A stretch of DNA of 64,000 bases from assembly GCA_050633305.1 (NCBI GenBank), contig JBOEGF010000026.1, positions 1 to 64,000 of the forward strand, read 5' to 3'. The DNA comes from Nannocystales bacterium (GTDB taxonomy: Bacteria; Myxococcota_A; Polyangia; Nannocystales; Nannocystaceae). Shown here piece by piece: positions 19,807-29,181 of this stretch. A program made the translations under genes and the position numbers. The notes below the pieces were generated by a model. The model saw only the letters and a program-made list of their open reading frames with translations. It did not search any database and was not told the origin of the DNA. Each line of letters opens with the position of its first letter. Positions within the stretch are counted from its first letter, which is position 1.

Positions 19807-20025
19807 GTGGAATCGCTGCCTCTCACGCTGTTGGTCTTTCTGATCGTCGTCGCCGTCATTGCGGGCCTGTGGGTCGGCGGACGCGCCAACCGCGAAGTGG
19901 AGACGCGGCGCGAAGAGGGCAAGTCGGTGGTGACGCGGGCCCGTCAGGGCGCCCAGAAGGCAGTCGTTTCGCTCTTCTTGTGGAACCGCAAGCGCAAGCG
20001 CGAGCGAGACGACAAGAAGGATTAG
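19807..20025 (+). CDS. Small single-TM hypothetical protein
   Basis: N-terminal hydrophobic helix, basic tail, fills the gap between genes. Confidence 0.55.
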   Translation: MESLPLTLLVFLIVVAVIAGLWVGGRANREVETRREEGKSVVTRARQGAQKAVVSLFLWNRKRKRERDDKKD

Positions 20026-20217
20026 GGCACATCTTGTCGTCTTCGTCGGGGTGGCCCGCCGAATCGTGGCACGGGCTGTTCGTGTGTGCGTCACGCACGC
20101 AGACCGAGTCCTGGCACCCAGCTGGCGCGACGGGAGCACATACGCGGGGCGAGCGTCGCGGGGCGGGGACTTCAACGTCGCCGGAACTTCCACCCAAGGC
20201 TGGTGTCCGTCCCGACG

Positions 20218-22779
20218 ATGAAGGCTTACGCTCGCGTTGCGGGCGTGCTCAGCATGATCGCCGCGGGTGGGTTCGCGGGATGTGCTCAGCACGCGTCGCC
20301 GATGGATCTCGACGTCGAACCGGTGGATGAACAGCCCCAGTTCACGCGCCACGCACAAGCTGAGGAGTTGGGCCCGCACCGCCTCCCTCAGCGGTGCGCA
20401 CTGAATCACGCTCCAGCAGCCGCACCGATAGGCCCCGACGAGGGCTGGGACCGCAGCGCGATCCGAGTCCAGACGGCGGAGGGCCTTCGGGAGCTTCCGC
20501 TGCAAGAATCCTCGTTCGAGACGCTGGTCTTGGGAACCGTTGCCGAGACGACGGTGACGCAGGTGTTTGCGAACCCGTTCAGCGAGCCGATCGAGGCCGT
20601 CTACGCGTTTCCCCTTCACGAACGCGCCGCGGTCGACGACTACTGGATCCACATCGGGGACCGGAGCCTGCACGGGGAGATCCATCGGCGTGCTGATGCG
20701 AAGCAGATCTACGAAGAGGCGAAGGCCAACGGACAGCGGGCAGGGCTTCTCGAGCAAGAGCGCCCCAACGTCTTCACGCAGAGCCTCGCGAACATTCTGC
20801 CAGGGGAGTCGATCGAGGTGCAGATGCACGTCGTGCAGCCGGTGGCGCTGGAGGCCGGGCGCGGGACGTTGTCGTTGCCCACGGTGGTTGGCCCGCGCTT
20901 CATCCCGGGGACGCCGACGGGCCATTCTGGTGTGGGTACCCTCCCGGATACCGACGAGGTCCCGGATGCCTCGAAGATCACACCTCCGGTGTTGGACCCC
21001 AAGTCCCGCGGTTGCGCGCCTGTGGTGATCACGGTCGACATCGAGTCGACTCATTCCATCGGGGGCCTGTCCTCCGCCAACCATTCGATCTCGAGCAACA
21101 CGGGAAACGGTGTGACCACTGTGGAGCTGAGCGCGGGCGCGACCGTGGCGAACCGGGACTTCGAGCTCTCCTGGATGCTGGGCGGCGAGACAACCGAGGC
21201 GGGTTTGATGACCCAGCCCGAGGATGGCGGGGGTGGGGCGTTCACACTGACTCTCGTTCCTCCGACGTCCTTGGATGCCGACGAGGCCGTCCCGCGGGAC
21301 CTCATCTTCGTCGTCGACAACTCGGGTTCGATGGGCGGGAAGCCGATGGATACCGCCAAGGCGGTCATGCGAGAGGCGATTCGCTCGATGGGCCCGGACG
21401 ACCGGTTTTCCGTGCTGCGGTTCTCTGAGAGCGCCAGCAAGCTGAGCCCCGGGCTGTTGAACAACACCGCAGGGAACCGCCGCAAGGGTCTCGACTACGT
21501 CGACGGTATGCGGGGCATGGGCGGGACTCACATGCGGGCTGGGATCGAGGCCGCCCTCGCGCTGGCGCAGTCGAGCGATCGGGTCCCGATGGTGCTGCTC
21601 CTCACCGATGGCTACATCGGAAACGAGGCGGCCATCTTCGAACTGGCCGACGAACACCTCGGGCACGCACGGATCTTCGGGCTCGGTGTTGGACAGGCTC
21701 CGAATCGATTCCTTCTCGGAGGGCTCTCCACCGTGGGCCGTGGTGCGGTCAGCTACGTCGGGGCCTCGGAGAGTGTTGAGCAGGTTGTCGACCGCTTCTA
21801 TCGGCGTATCGCATCACCGGCGCTGCGCGACATCTCGATCGATTGGGGGACCCTGCCGGTCGAGGACGTGGCGCCGCAACGGATTCCAGACCTGTTCGTT
21901 GGACAACCGGTCGTGGTCTTCGGCCGATACGCAAGCGAGGGATCCGGCACGGTTGTCGTCGAGGGGTGGCAGGGCGGTCGCAAAGCTCGGTTCGAGGTCG
22001 AGGTCGATCTCGCGAAGGGCTCATCGGGCACAGGACTCCGCTCCATGTGGGCCCGGACGCGCATCGAAGAGTTGCTGCGTGACCCTGAGGTCTTCCGGCT
22101 CGACTCGGCCGCGCGGGACCGCCGGACCGAAGCCGCGACCGAGATAGCGCTGGCGTACCGTGTGTTGACCGAACACACAGCCTTCGTCGCGGTCGACAAA
22201 GATGTCGCGACCAAGGACCCGGCCAAGACTGTGGCGGTTCAGGTGGAGCCGGTCAGCGGAATGGCAGCTCGCCAAAGCGGTTCACTTGGGCTGGTGGGAG
22301 CAGGTCGCGGAGGCGGTGGCGTCGGGCAGGGCACCATCGGGTTGGGAAACACCGGCCTGGTCGGAAAAGGCGCTGGAGGCGGCTCGGGCTCAGGATACGG
22401 ACGTGGTACCGGCGCTGGGTTCGGGGGCCGCGGCAAGCGCGTACCTCGAGTGAGACATGCCAAGGCTCAGGTGACGGGCTCGTTGGACGGCAACGTGATT
22501 CGCCGGGTCGTCCGCGCGCACAACAACACGTTGCGCGCCTGCTACGAGCCGGTGCTGAAAGCCGATCCGAACGCTTCCTTCAAGGTCACGATCGGATTCA
22601 CGATCGACAGCGAAGGCCGTGTGAAGGCGTCGCTGACGTGGTCGACCGAGCCGGCCAGCGACGCCGAGAAGGCGTTCGGCGCTTGTCTCGAGACGGCACT
22701 TGAACGGATCCGTTTCCCGAAACCTGCGGGAGGAGGGACGGTGACGGTGCGCTACCCCTTGGTCTTCGCGCCGGGTTGA
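20218..22779 (+). CDS. VIT + von Willebrand A lipoprotein with AgmX/PglI-like (TonB-C-like) C-terminal domain
   Basis: Lipobox FAGC, VIT motifs (F.NP..EPIEAVY.FPL, AGLLEQERPNVF), MIDAS DNSGS...GGT...LTDG, Gly-rich linker GTIGLG...GYGRG, IRRVVR...LRACY...CL...FPKP.GG..V.YP..F. Confidence 0.88.
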   Translation: MKAYARVAGVLSMIAAGGFAGCAQHASPMDLDVEPVDEQPQFTRHAQAEELGPHRLPQRCALNHAPAAAPIGPDEGWDRSAIRVQTAEGLRELPLQESSFETLVLGTVAETTVTQVFANPFSEPIEAVYAFPLHERAAVDDYWIHIGDRSLHGEIHRRADAKQIYEEAKANGQRAGLLEQERPNVFTQSLANILPGESIEVQMHVVQPVALEAGRGTLSLPTVVGPRFIPGTPTGHSGVGTLPDTDEVPDASKITPPVLDPKSRGCAPVVITVDIESTHSIGGLSSANHSISSNTGNGVTTVELSAGATVANRDFELSWMLGGETTEAGLMTQPEDGGGGAFTLTLVPPTSLDADEAVPRDLIFVVDNSGSMGGKPMDTAKAVMREAIRSMGPDDRFSVLRFSESASKLSPGLLNNTAGNRRKGLDYVDGMRGMGGTHMRAGIEAALALAQSSDRVPMVLLLTDGYIGNEAAIFELADEHLGHARIFGLGVGQAPNRFLLGGLSTVGRGAVSYVGASESVEQVVDRFYRRIASPALRDISIDWGTLPVEDVAPQRIPDLFVGQPVVVFGRYASEGSGTVVVEGWQGGRKARFEVEVDLAKGSSGTGLRSMWARTRIEELLRDPEVFRLDSAARDRRTEAATEIALAYRVLTEHTAFVAVDKDVATKDPAKTVAVQVEPVSGMAARQSGSLGLVGAGRGGGGVGQGTIGLGNTGLVGKGAGGGSGSGYGRGTGAGFGGRGKRVPRVRHAKAQVTGSLDGNVIRRVVRAHNNTLRACYEPVLKADPNASFKVTIGFTIDSEGRVKASLTWSTEPASDAEKAFGACLETALERIRFPKPAGGGTVTVRYPLVFAPG

Positions 22780-22814
22780 TCCGCATGGGGTCGGAGTAGC
22801 AAGATGCCGCTCCG

Positions 22815-23555
22815 ATGGTCCGTACGCCAGCTTGGGTCACTGACCGCCCCGTTGCTCATCGTGGGTTGCACGATGAGCAGCGTCCGGAGAACTCGCTCGC
22901 AGCGTTCGAGGCGGCCGTTGATGCCGGTTTGCCGCTCGAGCTCGACGTTCATCCGAGTCTCGACGCCGAGGCCGTCGTGTTTCATGACGAGTCGCTCTTG
23001 CGGATGACCGCCACACAAGGGGATGTCCGGGAATGGCCGTGGCACCGACTTCGCGAGCTCCACCTCGGAGGGACGAGCGAACGGGTTCCGAGCTTGGCCC
23101 AGGTCCTGCGGATGGTGGATGGACGGGTTCCGGTCGTGGTGGAGGTGAAGAACAGCGGTGCGGTTGGAGTGATCGAACGGGCCACCGCGCGGGTCCTCGA
23201 CGTCTACACGGGCCCGGTGGCGGTTCAGTCGTTCAATCCGCTCTCCATGGCCTGGTTTCGGCGCGAGTGCCCCGAGATCCCGCGAGGGTTGCTGGCCGGA
23301 GACATGGCCGAAAGCGACTTCGGGCTGGCCAAGCGGGTGTTGCTGCAACGGATGCTCTTGGCGCCGCACGTGCGACCGGCCTACGTTGGCTACGACCTGC
23401 AGGCTCTTCCCGAACCTTCTGCCTCGTTGCTGCGCCGCTTGGGGGTTCCACTGCTGGCGTGGACGGTGCGCACCCGCGAGGAGCAAACTCGGGCCCTTCA
23501 GCTCGCCGACAACTACATCTTCGAGTTCGTCGAGCCGATCGCCGTTCGGCGTTGA
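22815..23555 (+). CDS. Glycerophosphodiester phosphodiesterase family protein
   Basis: AHRG, PENSLAAF, ELDV, VFHD..L.R, VEVK, QSFNP, AWTV. Confidence 0.92.
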   Translation: MVRTPAWVTDRPVAHRGLHDEQRPENSLAAFEAAVDAGLPLELDVHPSLDAEAVVFHDESLLRMTATQGDVREWPWHRLRELHLGGTSERVPSLAQVLRMVDGRVPVVVEVKNSGAVGVIERATARVLDVYTGPVAVQSFNPLSMAWFRRECPEIPRGLLAGDMAESDFGLAKRVLLQRMLLAPHVRPAYVGYDLQALPEPSASLLRRLGVPLLAWTVRTREEQTRALQLADNYIFEFVEPIAVRR

Positions 23556-23616
23556 ACATCAGGAGCGTGTTCAGCGAGGCGAAGTCGACGAACACGGCGC
23601 TGAGCAAACGCCTGCA

Positions 23617-24318
23617 CTACCGGCGGCTCGGACTTCCGCGGCCTTCGAGAAGCGCAAGAATGGTCGCAGCGACTCCCTTCGCGAGATTCTTGTAGCCGAC
23701 GGCAACGCCGGGGTCGGCGTATGGAAGGTGGAGGAAGTATGCCTCGGACAGCGTCTTGTTCGCGGCTCGGCTCCGGCGCACGGCTTGCAACGCGAGTGAG
23801 TTGGTCTCGTTGCAGATGTAGCTGTTTTCCCGGCGCGGCTTGGCCCGGAGGATCTTGAAGCCGGCGTAGGTTTTGTTCTCGATGCGCTTGATGTTGACCG
23901 AGATGGGGTCGACGAGGTCGAGTGCCGTGGCGCCCCCCGTCGTGGACGAGCTCGGCAGGGCTCCGCTCGCGTCAGTCCCCTGTCTGAGGTCGATTGCGCC
24001 GTGTTCGACCTTGATGACGTCGTAGACATTGCCGTACACACCGAGGCCCAAGTGGATTGCGACGTCGTAGGTGTCGTACTTCTTGATCGTCGTGAACGTT
24101 CGCCACGTCGTGGGGAGGGTGAGGAACGTCCAATCGAACTCCGTGCGAAGGCGAAGGACGGACGGGAGGAACCCTCCGAAGGAGGTCGGCCGCGCGGAAG
24201 ACTCCGCTCCGACCATGAGTCGGCAGCTTGGATTGGCGCTGCACTTCCACACGTTCGCAGGGGTACCCAGGTTCTCCCAATCGTTGAATCCAGTGACCAG
24301 AATCCGGGGCTTGACCAT
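23617..24318 (-). CDS. Pyroglutamyl-peptidase I (C15)-like protein
   Basis: ILVTGF...NPS, IHLG, putative triad Glu (KVEHGA), Cys (YICN), His (FLHLP). Start set at ATG 24318. Confidence 0.75.
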   Translation of the reverse strand: MVKPRILVTGFNDWENLGTPANVWKCSANPSCRLMVGAESSARPTSFGGFLPSVLRLRTEFDWTFLTLPTTWRTFTTIKKYDTYDVAIHLGLGVYGNVYDVIKVEHGAIDLRQGTDASGALPSSSTTGGATALDLVDPISVNIKRIENKTYAGFKILRAKPRRENSYICNETNSLALQAVRRSRAANKTLSEAYFLHLPYADPGVAVGYKNLAKGVAATILALLEGRGSPSRR

Positions 24319-24592
24319 GTCTGACTCTAACCGATGGGTCCACGGACGCGAATCAGATCGGTGTAGGAATCCATCACAGCAGAGCATGGGAACATCGGAA
24401 TGAATGGCGCGAGCCGCACCCGACTCGAAACCCTCTTGTTGCCCGAATTCACCATCTCTTGCGGGCCCATTCCCAGGTGGTTCTCCGGGGAGGAGGCCGA
24501 TACGCCGACAAAGAACAGGACGGTCGCTCGGGAGGAGGTCGGCCCGGGGGCCCAGCACTCGTCACGGTTCTTTTTCCTTTCTCTGTTGAACC

Positions 24593-24625
24593 AAAGGAAA
24601 ACGCCGGCCGCGAAGCGCCCGGCGT
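24593..24625 (-). terminator. Intrinsic terminator after the GH25 gene
   Basis: Minus strand ACGCCGG-G-CGC-TTC-GCG-G-CCGGCGT followed by TTTCCTTT, 20 nt after the stop codon. Confidence 0.7.
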
Positions 24626-24645
24626 CCGGAGATGACAACTCGCGA

Positions 24646-26088
24646 TCAGTGCCGCCGTCGCCGGCCCCACAAGCCGAAGAGCAGCATGCCTGCGAAGAAG
24701 ACCCCGCCGCTACGACGGCCGCCAACACTGCACCCTTCTTCGTAGTCTCGGTTGTTGGTGATGCGTGATTGGCCGCCGTGGACCGCTTCACCGCAGTCGT
24801 CTCCATCCACCTCGACGCCCTCGGGGACGAGACGAATCGCGTCGAACTGCAACTGCTGGCCGGAGCTGCTCTGCTTGTCAGAGAGACGGACGTGCTGGTC
24901 GCCGCCTTCGTCGAACTCGAAGGAGCCCAGCGAGATCCAGCCGCCGTCCTTCTGGTCGACCGAGGTGGTGTCGTTGCCATCGGCGGACCTGACCTCGTAC
25001 TCAGCCGAGCTGACCGATGTGTGGTCCGGGTCGATGTGGACTTGGATATTGTAGCTACCAGCTTCCGCGAAGTTGAGCGACCAAAGTCCGAAGTTGTATT
25101 CGGACCCGGTCGTTGTGCGGGTCCAGGAGAGGTCACCGCCATGTCCGGCGTTCTCGTCGCGCCAATACTGTGCCGGCCCGTGGAGTGCGAAGCAGTCTTC
25201 CCCGTTATCGATGATGGTCGCGTCGTCGGAAGCGATGCTGCCACACCCGACATCGTCATCATCGGGTTCGCCGACGGGCGCGCCGGCAGGGCGAAGCGCA
25301 AGCAGCATCTCCATCGTTCCGTTGAACTGGTTGGTATCGACGCCGCCGTTGACGCCTGCGGTGGTGCCACTGTCCGTGAACTGCCAGAAATCCCAATCTG
25401 CCCACTGACTGGGGATGTTGGGGCAGTTGTTTGTGTAGTGAGCGAGCCAGAACGGGTGGTCACTCCACTCCGAAGACCCCACGTAATCACGCCAGAAGTA
25501 CCGGCCCGAGTAGATGACTGGCTCGAGTCCGAAGTCCTCGACGCGGTCGATCCACGTGCGGATGGCCGTGGTCATCTGGGCCTGGCTCCACCCGGACGGA
25601 CGGTGCTCGACGTCGATGACCGGGGGCAGGTCCATCTCGGTGATCGGGCATGTGTGCGCGTCCATGTCGCAACCGATCTTCTCCAGGAGATAGTCGGCCT
25701 GGCCGAGGACGGACTGGTTGGGTCGGAAGAACTGGTAGGCACCTGTGTAGATGCCTTCGGCTCGGGACTCCTCCCAGTTGTCGTCGAAGTACTGGTCTTG
25801 CGTGTTGATGCCGTCCGACACCCGGACGAACGCGAACTTCACGTTGTCGGCCGCGACCTGGTTCCAGTCGACGTCGCCTTGCCACTTGGAGATGTCGATG
25901 CCCTTGAGCGTCGTGCCATCTGCGCAGACGACCTCTGGAGATGGGGGGGCGTCTGGGTCCTCCATCGGCTCGCTGAGGCGAAGTCCGTCGCCCATCTCGG
26001 CGTCTTGTGGAGGTTGCGGCGTGTTGTCAGAACCGAGACCGGCGGGTCCAACAATCAAGACGAGAGCTGCGAGCGTGGTCATCAACAT
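24646..26088 (-). CDS. GH25 muramidase with golvesin/Xly-like carbohydrate-binding domain and MYXO-CTERM
   Basis: GIDISKWQG, GAYQFF, PVIDVE (DxE), WQFTD.G...GV...VD.N; W.SLG.F.F...G...V.L...FDAIRL; tail GCSVGG...RRRR. Confidence 0.9.
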   Translation of the reverse strand: MLMTTLAALVLIVGPAGLGSDNTPQPPQDAEMGDGLRLSEPMEDPDAPPSPEVVCADGTTLKGIDISKWQGDVDWNQVAADNVKFAFVRVSDGINTQDQYFDDNWEESRAEGIYTGAYQFFRPNQSVLGQADYLLEKIGCDMDAHTCPITEMDLPPVIDVEHRPSGWSQAQMTTAIRTWIDRVEDFGLEPVIYSGRYFWRDYVGSSEWSDHPFWLAHYTNNCPNIPSQWADWDFWQFTDSGTTAGVNGGVDTNQFNGTMEMLLALRPAGAPVGEPDDDDVGCGSIASDDATIIDNGEDCFALHGPAQYWRDENAGHGGDLSWTRTTTGSEYNFGLWSLNFAEAGSYNIQVHIDPDHTSVSSAEYEVRSADGNDTTSVDQKDGGWISLGSFEFDEGGDQHVRLSDKQSSSGQQLQFDAIRLVPEGVEVDGDDCGEAVHGGQSRITNNRDYEEGCSVGGRRSGGVFFAGMLLFGLWGRRRRH

Positions 26089-26205
26089 GGGCGCTGCCTT
26101 GAATGTGGGCAGGCGCGGCTTGAAGGTTCCCGACCGTACAGAAATCGACCTTGAAGCGGCACAGCTGGTGGAATCCGGCGGTTCGCCTTTTGCATGTAGC
26201 AGGTG

Positions 26206-26221
26206 AGACTACATGTAGTCT
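26206..26221. promoter_or_regulatory. Perfect 16-bp palindrome, candidate operator
   Basis: AGACTACATGTAGTCT, AT-rich, about 120 bp upstream of the GH25 start. Confidence 0.55.
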
Positions 26222-26230
26222 TGCGGTGCC

Positions 26231-27391
26231 CTAGCCGTGCGGGGACGTGCCGAAGCTGCGCGTGTCGTGGGTCCGGCGTCGGGCGCTGATCTCAGAGGAC
26301 CCGAGATCACGCTCGCCTCGAACAAGCTGCGCATGTCGGTACAGATTCACCGTCGTGCAGATGTGCTCGGGGATGAGAGCCACCAGATCTCCGAGTGCGA
26401 GCGTATCCGGCTCGACCCGGCACGGGCGATGCTCTTCGCTCGCCATCTCGGCCGCCAGCGAAGGGCAACCAACGGCGACGCATGCCGGCGGTGAACAGTC
26501 GGGGTTGAGCCCCTTGCTGCCCGCGTCCAACGTGATGCGCCCGGGGCCGGGCGTGGCGATGACGCGACTGAGCACGAACGCAGCTTGCTGCAAGGACAGC
26601 AGTTCGGCCGCCGGGGCACTGCGAAGGTCGCTCAGCACCAGCGTCCCTGGGGAGACCTGGTGCTGCCACGGGCCTTCGCGAAGCGAGGCATGACCCAACG
26701 CGTGGTGGAAGGCGTGGGTTCCCGAGGTGACGACCCATTGCACGGCGAATGGGACGGAGGCGGCCAGTGCTACGAGCTGCTCATAACCCCGTGTCGCGTC
26801 CTCGAGTTGCGACCAAGCGATGTGACCCTCGTAGCCATGGAGCCCCACCAGGTCGACGTTGCTGGCGGATGGTGAGGCTTCGGCCCATCGGGAGGCATCG
26901 GTTCCCGTCCTTGCCATGCCGACGTCGACGTCGAGGAGCGCGGAGAGCCGGGTCGGCGCTGAGGTCAGCGCCGAATCGAGTTGACGCAGGTGCTCGGGGC
27001 TGTCGGCGAGCAGCCGAACGTGGCAGTGCACGAACTGCGCTGCGAGCCGAGCCGCGGATTGGACCGCCGCAGCATGGAGCGGATACGCGAGCAGCACGTC
27101 GATCGGGGTAGACCCCGCGGTCCGCAGCGTCATCTCGAGCTCATCCAAGGTTGCGCATTTGAACGAGGTGACCCCCTCGGCCAGCAGCGCCCGGACGATT
27201 TCCGGGTGCTTGTGCGTCTTGACGTGGGGCCGCCAGCGGGCCGCCCCTGCGAAGGAGACCATCGCCTGGATGTTGTGCGCGACAGCATCGAGTTCGAACA
27301 CGAGGGCAGGGGTGATCAGCGAGTCGAGCCGAGGGGCCAACGCGCGAAGAACGGCCTCAACCCGGGGGGAGGACTCGGAGGACGCGGACAT
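26231..27391 (-). CDS. PLP-dependent D-threonine aldolase / D-serine dehydratase-like enzyme (alanine racemase fold III)
   Basis: TPAL, RPHVKTHK (PLP Lys), DVDVGMARTG, HGYEGH, LDAGSK, SEEH, P.HICTTVNL. Confidence 0.9.
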   Translation of the reverse strand: MSASSESSPRVEAVLRALAPRLDSLITPALVFELDAVAHNIQAMVSFAGAARWRPHVKTHKHPEIVRALLAEGVTSFKCATLDELEMTLRTAGSTPIDVLLAYPLHAAAVQSAARLAAQFVHCHVRLLADSPEHLRQLDSALTSAPTRLSALLDVDVGMARTGTDASRWAEASPSASNVDLVGLHGYEGHIAWSQLEDATRGYEQLVALAASVPFAVQWVVTSGTHAFHHALGHASLREGPWQHQVSPGTLVLSDLRSAPAAELLSLQQAAFVLSRVIATPGPGRITLDAGSKGLNPDCSPPACVAVGCPSLAAEMASEEHRPCRVEPDTLALGDLVALIPEHICTTVNLYRHAQLVRGERDLGSSEISARRRTHDTRSFGTSPHG

Positions 27392-27442
27392 CGAGTCGAG
27401 TGTACGGCCGAACGCGCCTCGGGGCGCGGGACTGAGGGTCGT

Positions 27443-28564
27443 TCAGCTGTCCGTGCAGAAGTCTCGCTTCAGTGCCTGGCGCGCCCGGGAGACGCGGACT
27501 GAAGCGTTTTTCTCGCTGATCGCCAATCGCTCTCCGATCTCCCGATAGGACGACCCGGCGAGCCGCATCTCCAGTGCAAGTCGGAGTCTCACAGGCAGCT
27601 GCTCGATGGCATTGGCCAGCGCTCTGCGCCGGCGGGCCTGGTCGAGCAACTCGCCTGGCTCGGGTGCGTCGTCGATCCACACGCTCTCGGGCTCGAGAAC
27701 GACCTTCCGTTCTCGGAAGGTGATTGCGCGGTACCTCGCGATGCGAAGCACGTACGAGCGGACCGAGCAATCCCCGCGGTGAGCGGGAAGCGCTTTCCAC
27801 AACGCGAGCCGAATCTCTTGGGTGAGGTCGGCCTGCTCCGCCGGGGCCGCGAATCTCCGCACGATCGCGCGGATCGCCCGCTTGTTGTCCTCGAGGGCCT
27901 GTTCGTATTCGCGGAGGCGAGTTCGTTCTTCGGTGCTCTGGGGAGGTTCGGAGCGTCTGTCCGGCTTGGGGAGCGCGGGGACCGGGAGCTTGTCGCGGTA
28001 GGAGCCCGCGGCTTGCGTTCGGAGGCCCGCGTCGACACGGCCCACCAGAGCCACAAGCGCTTCGAATCGCTCGCTCCAAGGCCGAGTGTCGAAGAGCATC
28101 GCGCGCACGGCCGTTGTCGCCGGCTCCAACTCGGGGCCGGCCGGTTCGGACGGATCGTCGAGGAGCTCTTCTGCCTGCCGCAGCCAACGCCAAACCTCCC
28201 CGGCGATCCCGATGCTCGACACATAGACAGAGCCGGACTGCGAAGCGATGAGCTGCCTCCACCACCCTCCGCGAGGTGTGTCTGAGAAGCGATGCGCGTG
28301 GGCTTGGGCGTGTTCGAGCTCCGAGAGGAGCGCGCGCGTGTCCGAGGCGAACAGGCGTTGTGCGGCAGACAGATGGGGAGGCAGGTGCGCGCAACCCCGG
28401 TGTTGAGCAACGTCGCCGGCCGCCCGAGTCTGCGAGCGCAAAGCCGCGGCCGCGCGAACGAGGCGGAGCCCGTTCAACAGCGGCGCGACGAGTCCCAGTG
28501 GGAAGCACGCTGCGAGACCTGCCGCTGCAAGAGCGGTGAAGAACAAAGCCGCGCCCATGGACAT
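27443..28564 (-). CDS. ECF sigma-70 factor with about 200-aa N-terminal TM-containing extension
   Basis: Region 2 (DLTQEI...LW.AL...RG......Y..RIA) and region 4 (IEQLP...SYREIGE.L.IS......VSRAR..L) occupy the C-terminal half; hydrophobic helix at the N-terminus. Confidence 0.85.
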   Translation of the reverse strand: MSMGAALFFTALAAAGLAACFPLGLVAPLLNGLRLVRAAAALRSQTRAAGDVAQHRGCAHLPPHLSAAQRLFASDTRALLSELEHAQAHAHRFSDTPRGGWWRQLIASQSGSVYVSSIGIAGEVWRWLRQAEELLDDPSEPAGPELEPATTAVRAMLFDTRPWSERFEALVALVGRVDAGLRTQAAGSYRDKLPVPALPKPDRRSEPPQSTEERTRLREYEQALEDNKRAIRAIVRRFAAPAEQADLTQEIRLALWKALPAHRGDCSVRSYVLRIARYRAITFRERKVVLEPESVWIDDAPEPGELLDQARRRRALANAIEQLPVRLRLALEMRLAGSSYREIGERLAISEKNASVRVSRARQALKRDFCTDS

Positions 28565-28695
28565 ACCGTACCAAGCCGACCTGATTCCCTACACATCGAG
28601 CGGATCAAGTCGCGGACCTCAGTGTGCGCCTGGTCGTTGGCCACCCGATGTTGGGTTCTGCGGCGTGACGGGACCTCCCCACAGTGATCCCACGA

Positions 28696-29181
28696 ATGCG
28701 CTCGCGTACATCCGTGCTCGTCGCCGTGACCCTCGTCCTGATCGGAGTCGCCCGACTGACGACCGACACGTTGCACGAGTTCGACGCCGAATACTGGCGA
28801 GCGGTGCAGGGGTTGTGGGTTCGCTACCTGATCCGCGCGCCGTCGGATGGCTCGCTGGCGGGAAACCTGAACGCGCAGTGGTTCAAGGTCCTCTCGATTC
28901 CAGCCGGCATTTCTCTGATCTTCCTGCGCAACAAGTTCGGCGCGAGCAACCCCGCGGCCGCGCAGGAGGAGTTCCGCGACTGGGCCGTTCGCGGCGTTTG
29001 GATCGGAGTCTTCCTCGCCGGGTTCACGTTTCTCGAGCTGCAGAAGCAGTTCGGCGGACTCGTGCTCGTGGAGGGCGAGGACGCGGCGCGAAACCACTTC
29101 GCGCATGGGCTCAGTGCCGTGCTTGCGTGGGTCCTCAGTGGGGCGTTCACGTTTGAGTCGCGCGCTCTAGGGACCCCCTAG
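28696..29181 (+). CDS. Hypothetical membrane protein
   Basis: Three to four hydrophobic segments, GC3-biased codons. Confidence 0.65.
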   Translation: MRSRTSVLVAVTLVLIGVARLTTDTLHEFDAEYWRAVQGLWVRYLIRAPSDGSLAGNLNAQWFKVLSIPAGISLIFLRNKFGASNPAAAQEEFRDWAVRGVWIGVFLAGFTFLELQKQFGGLVLVEGEDAARNHFAHGLSAVLAWVLSGAFTFESRALGTP

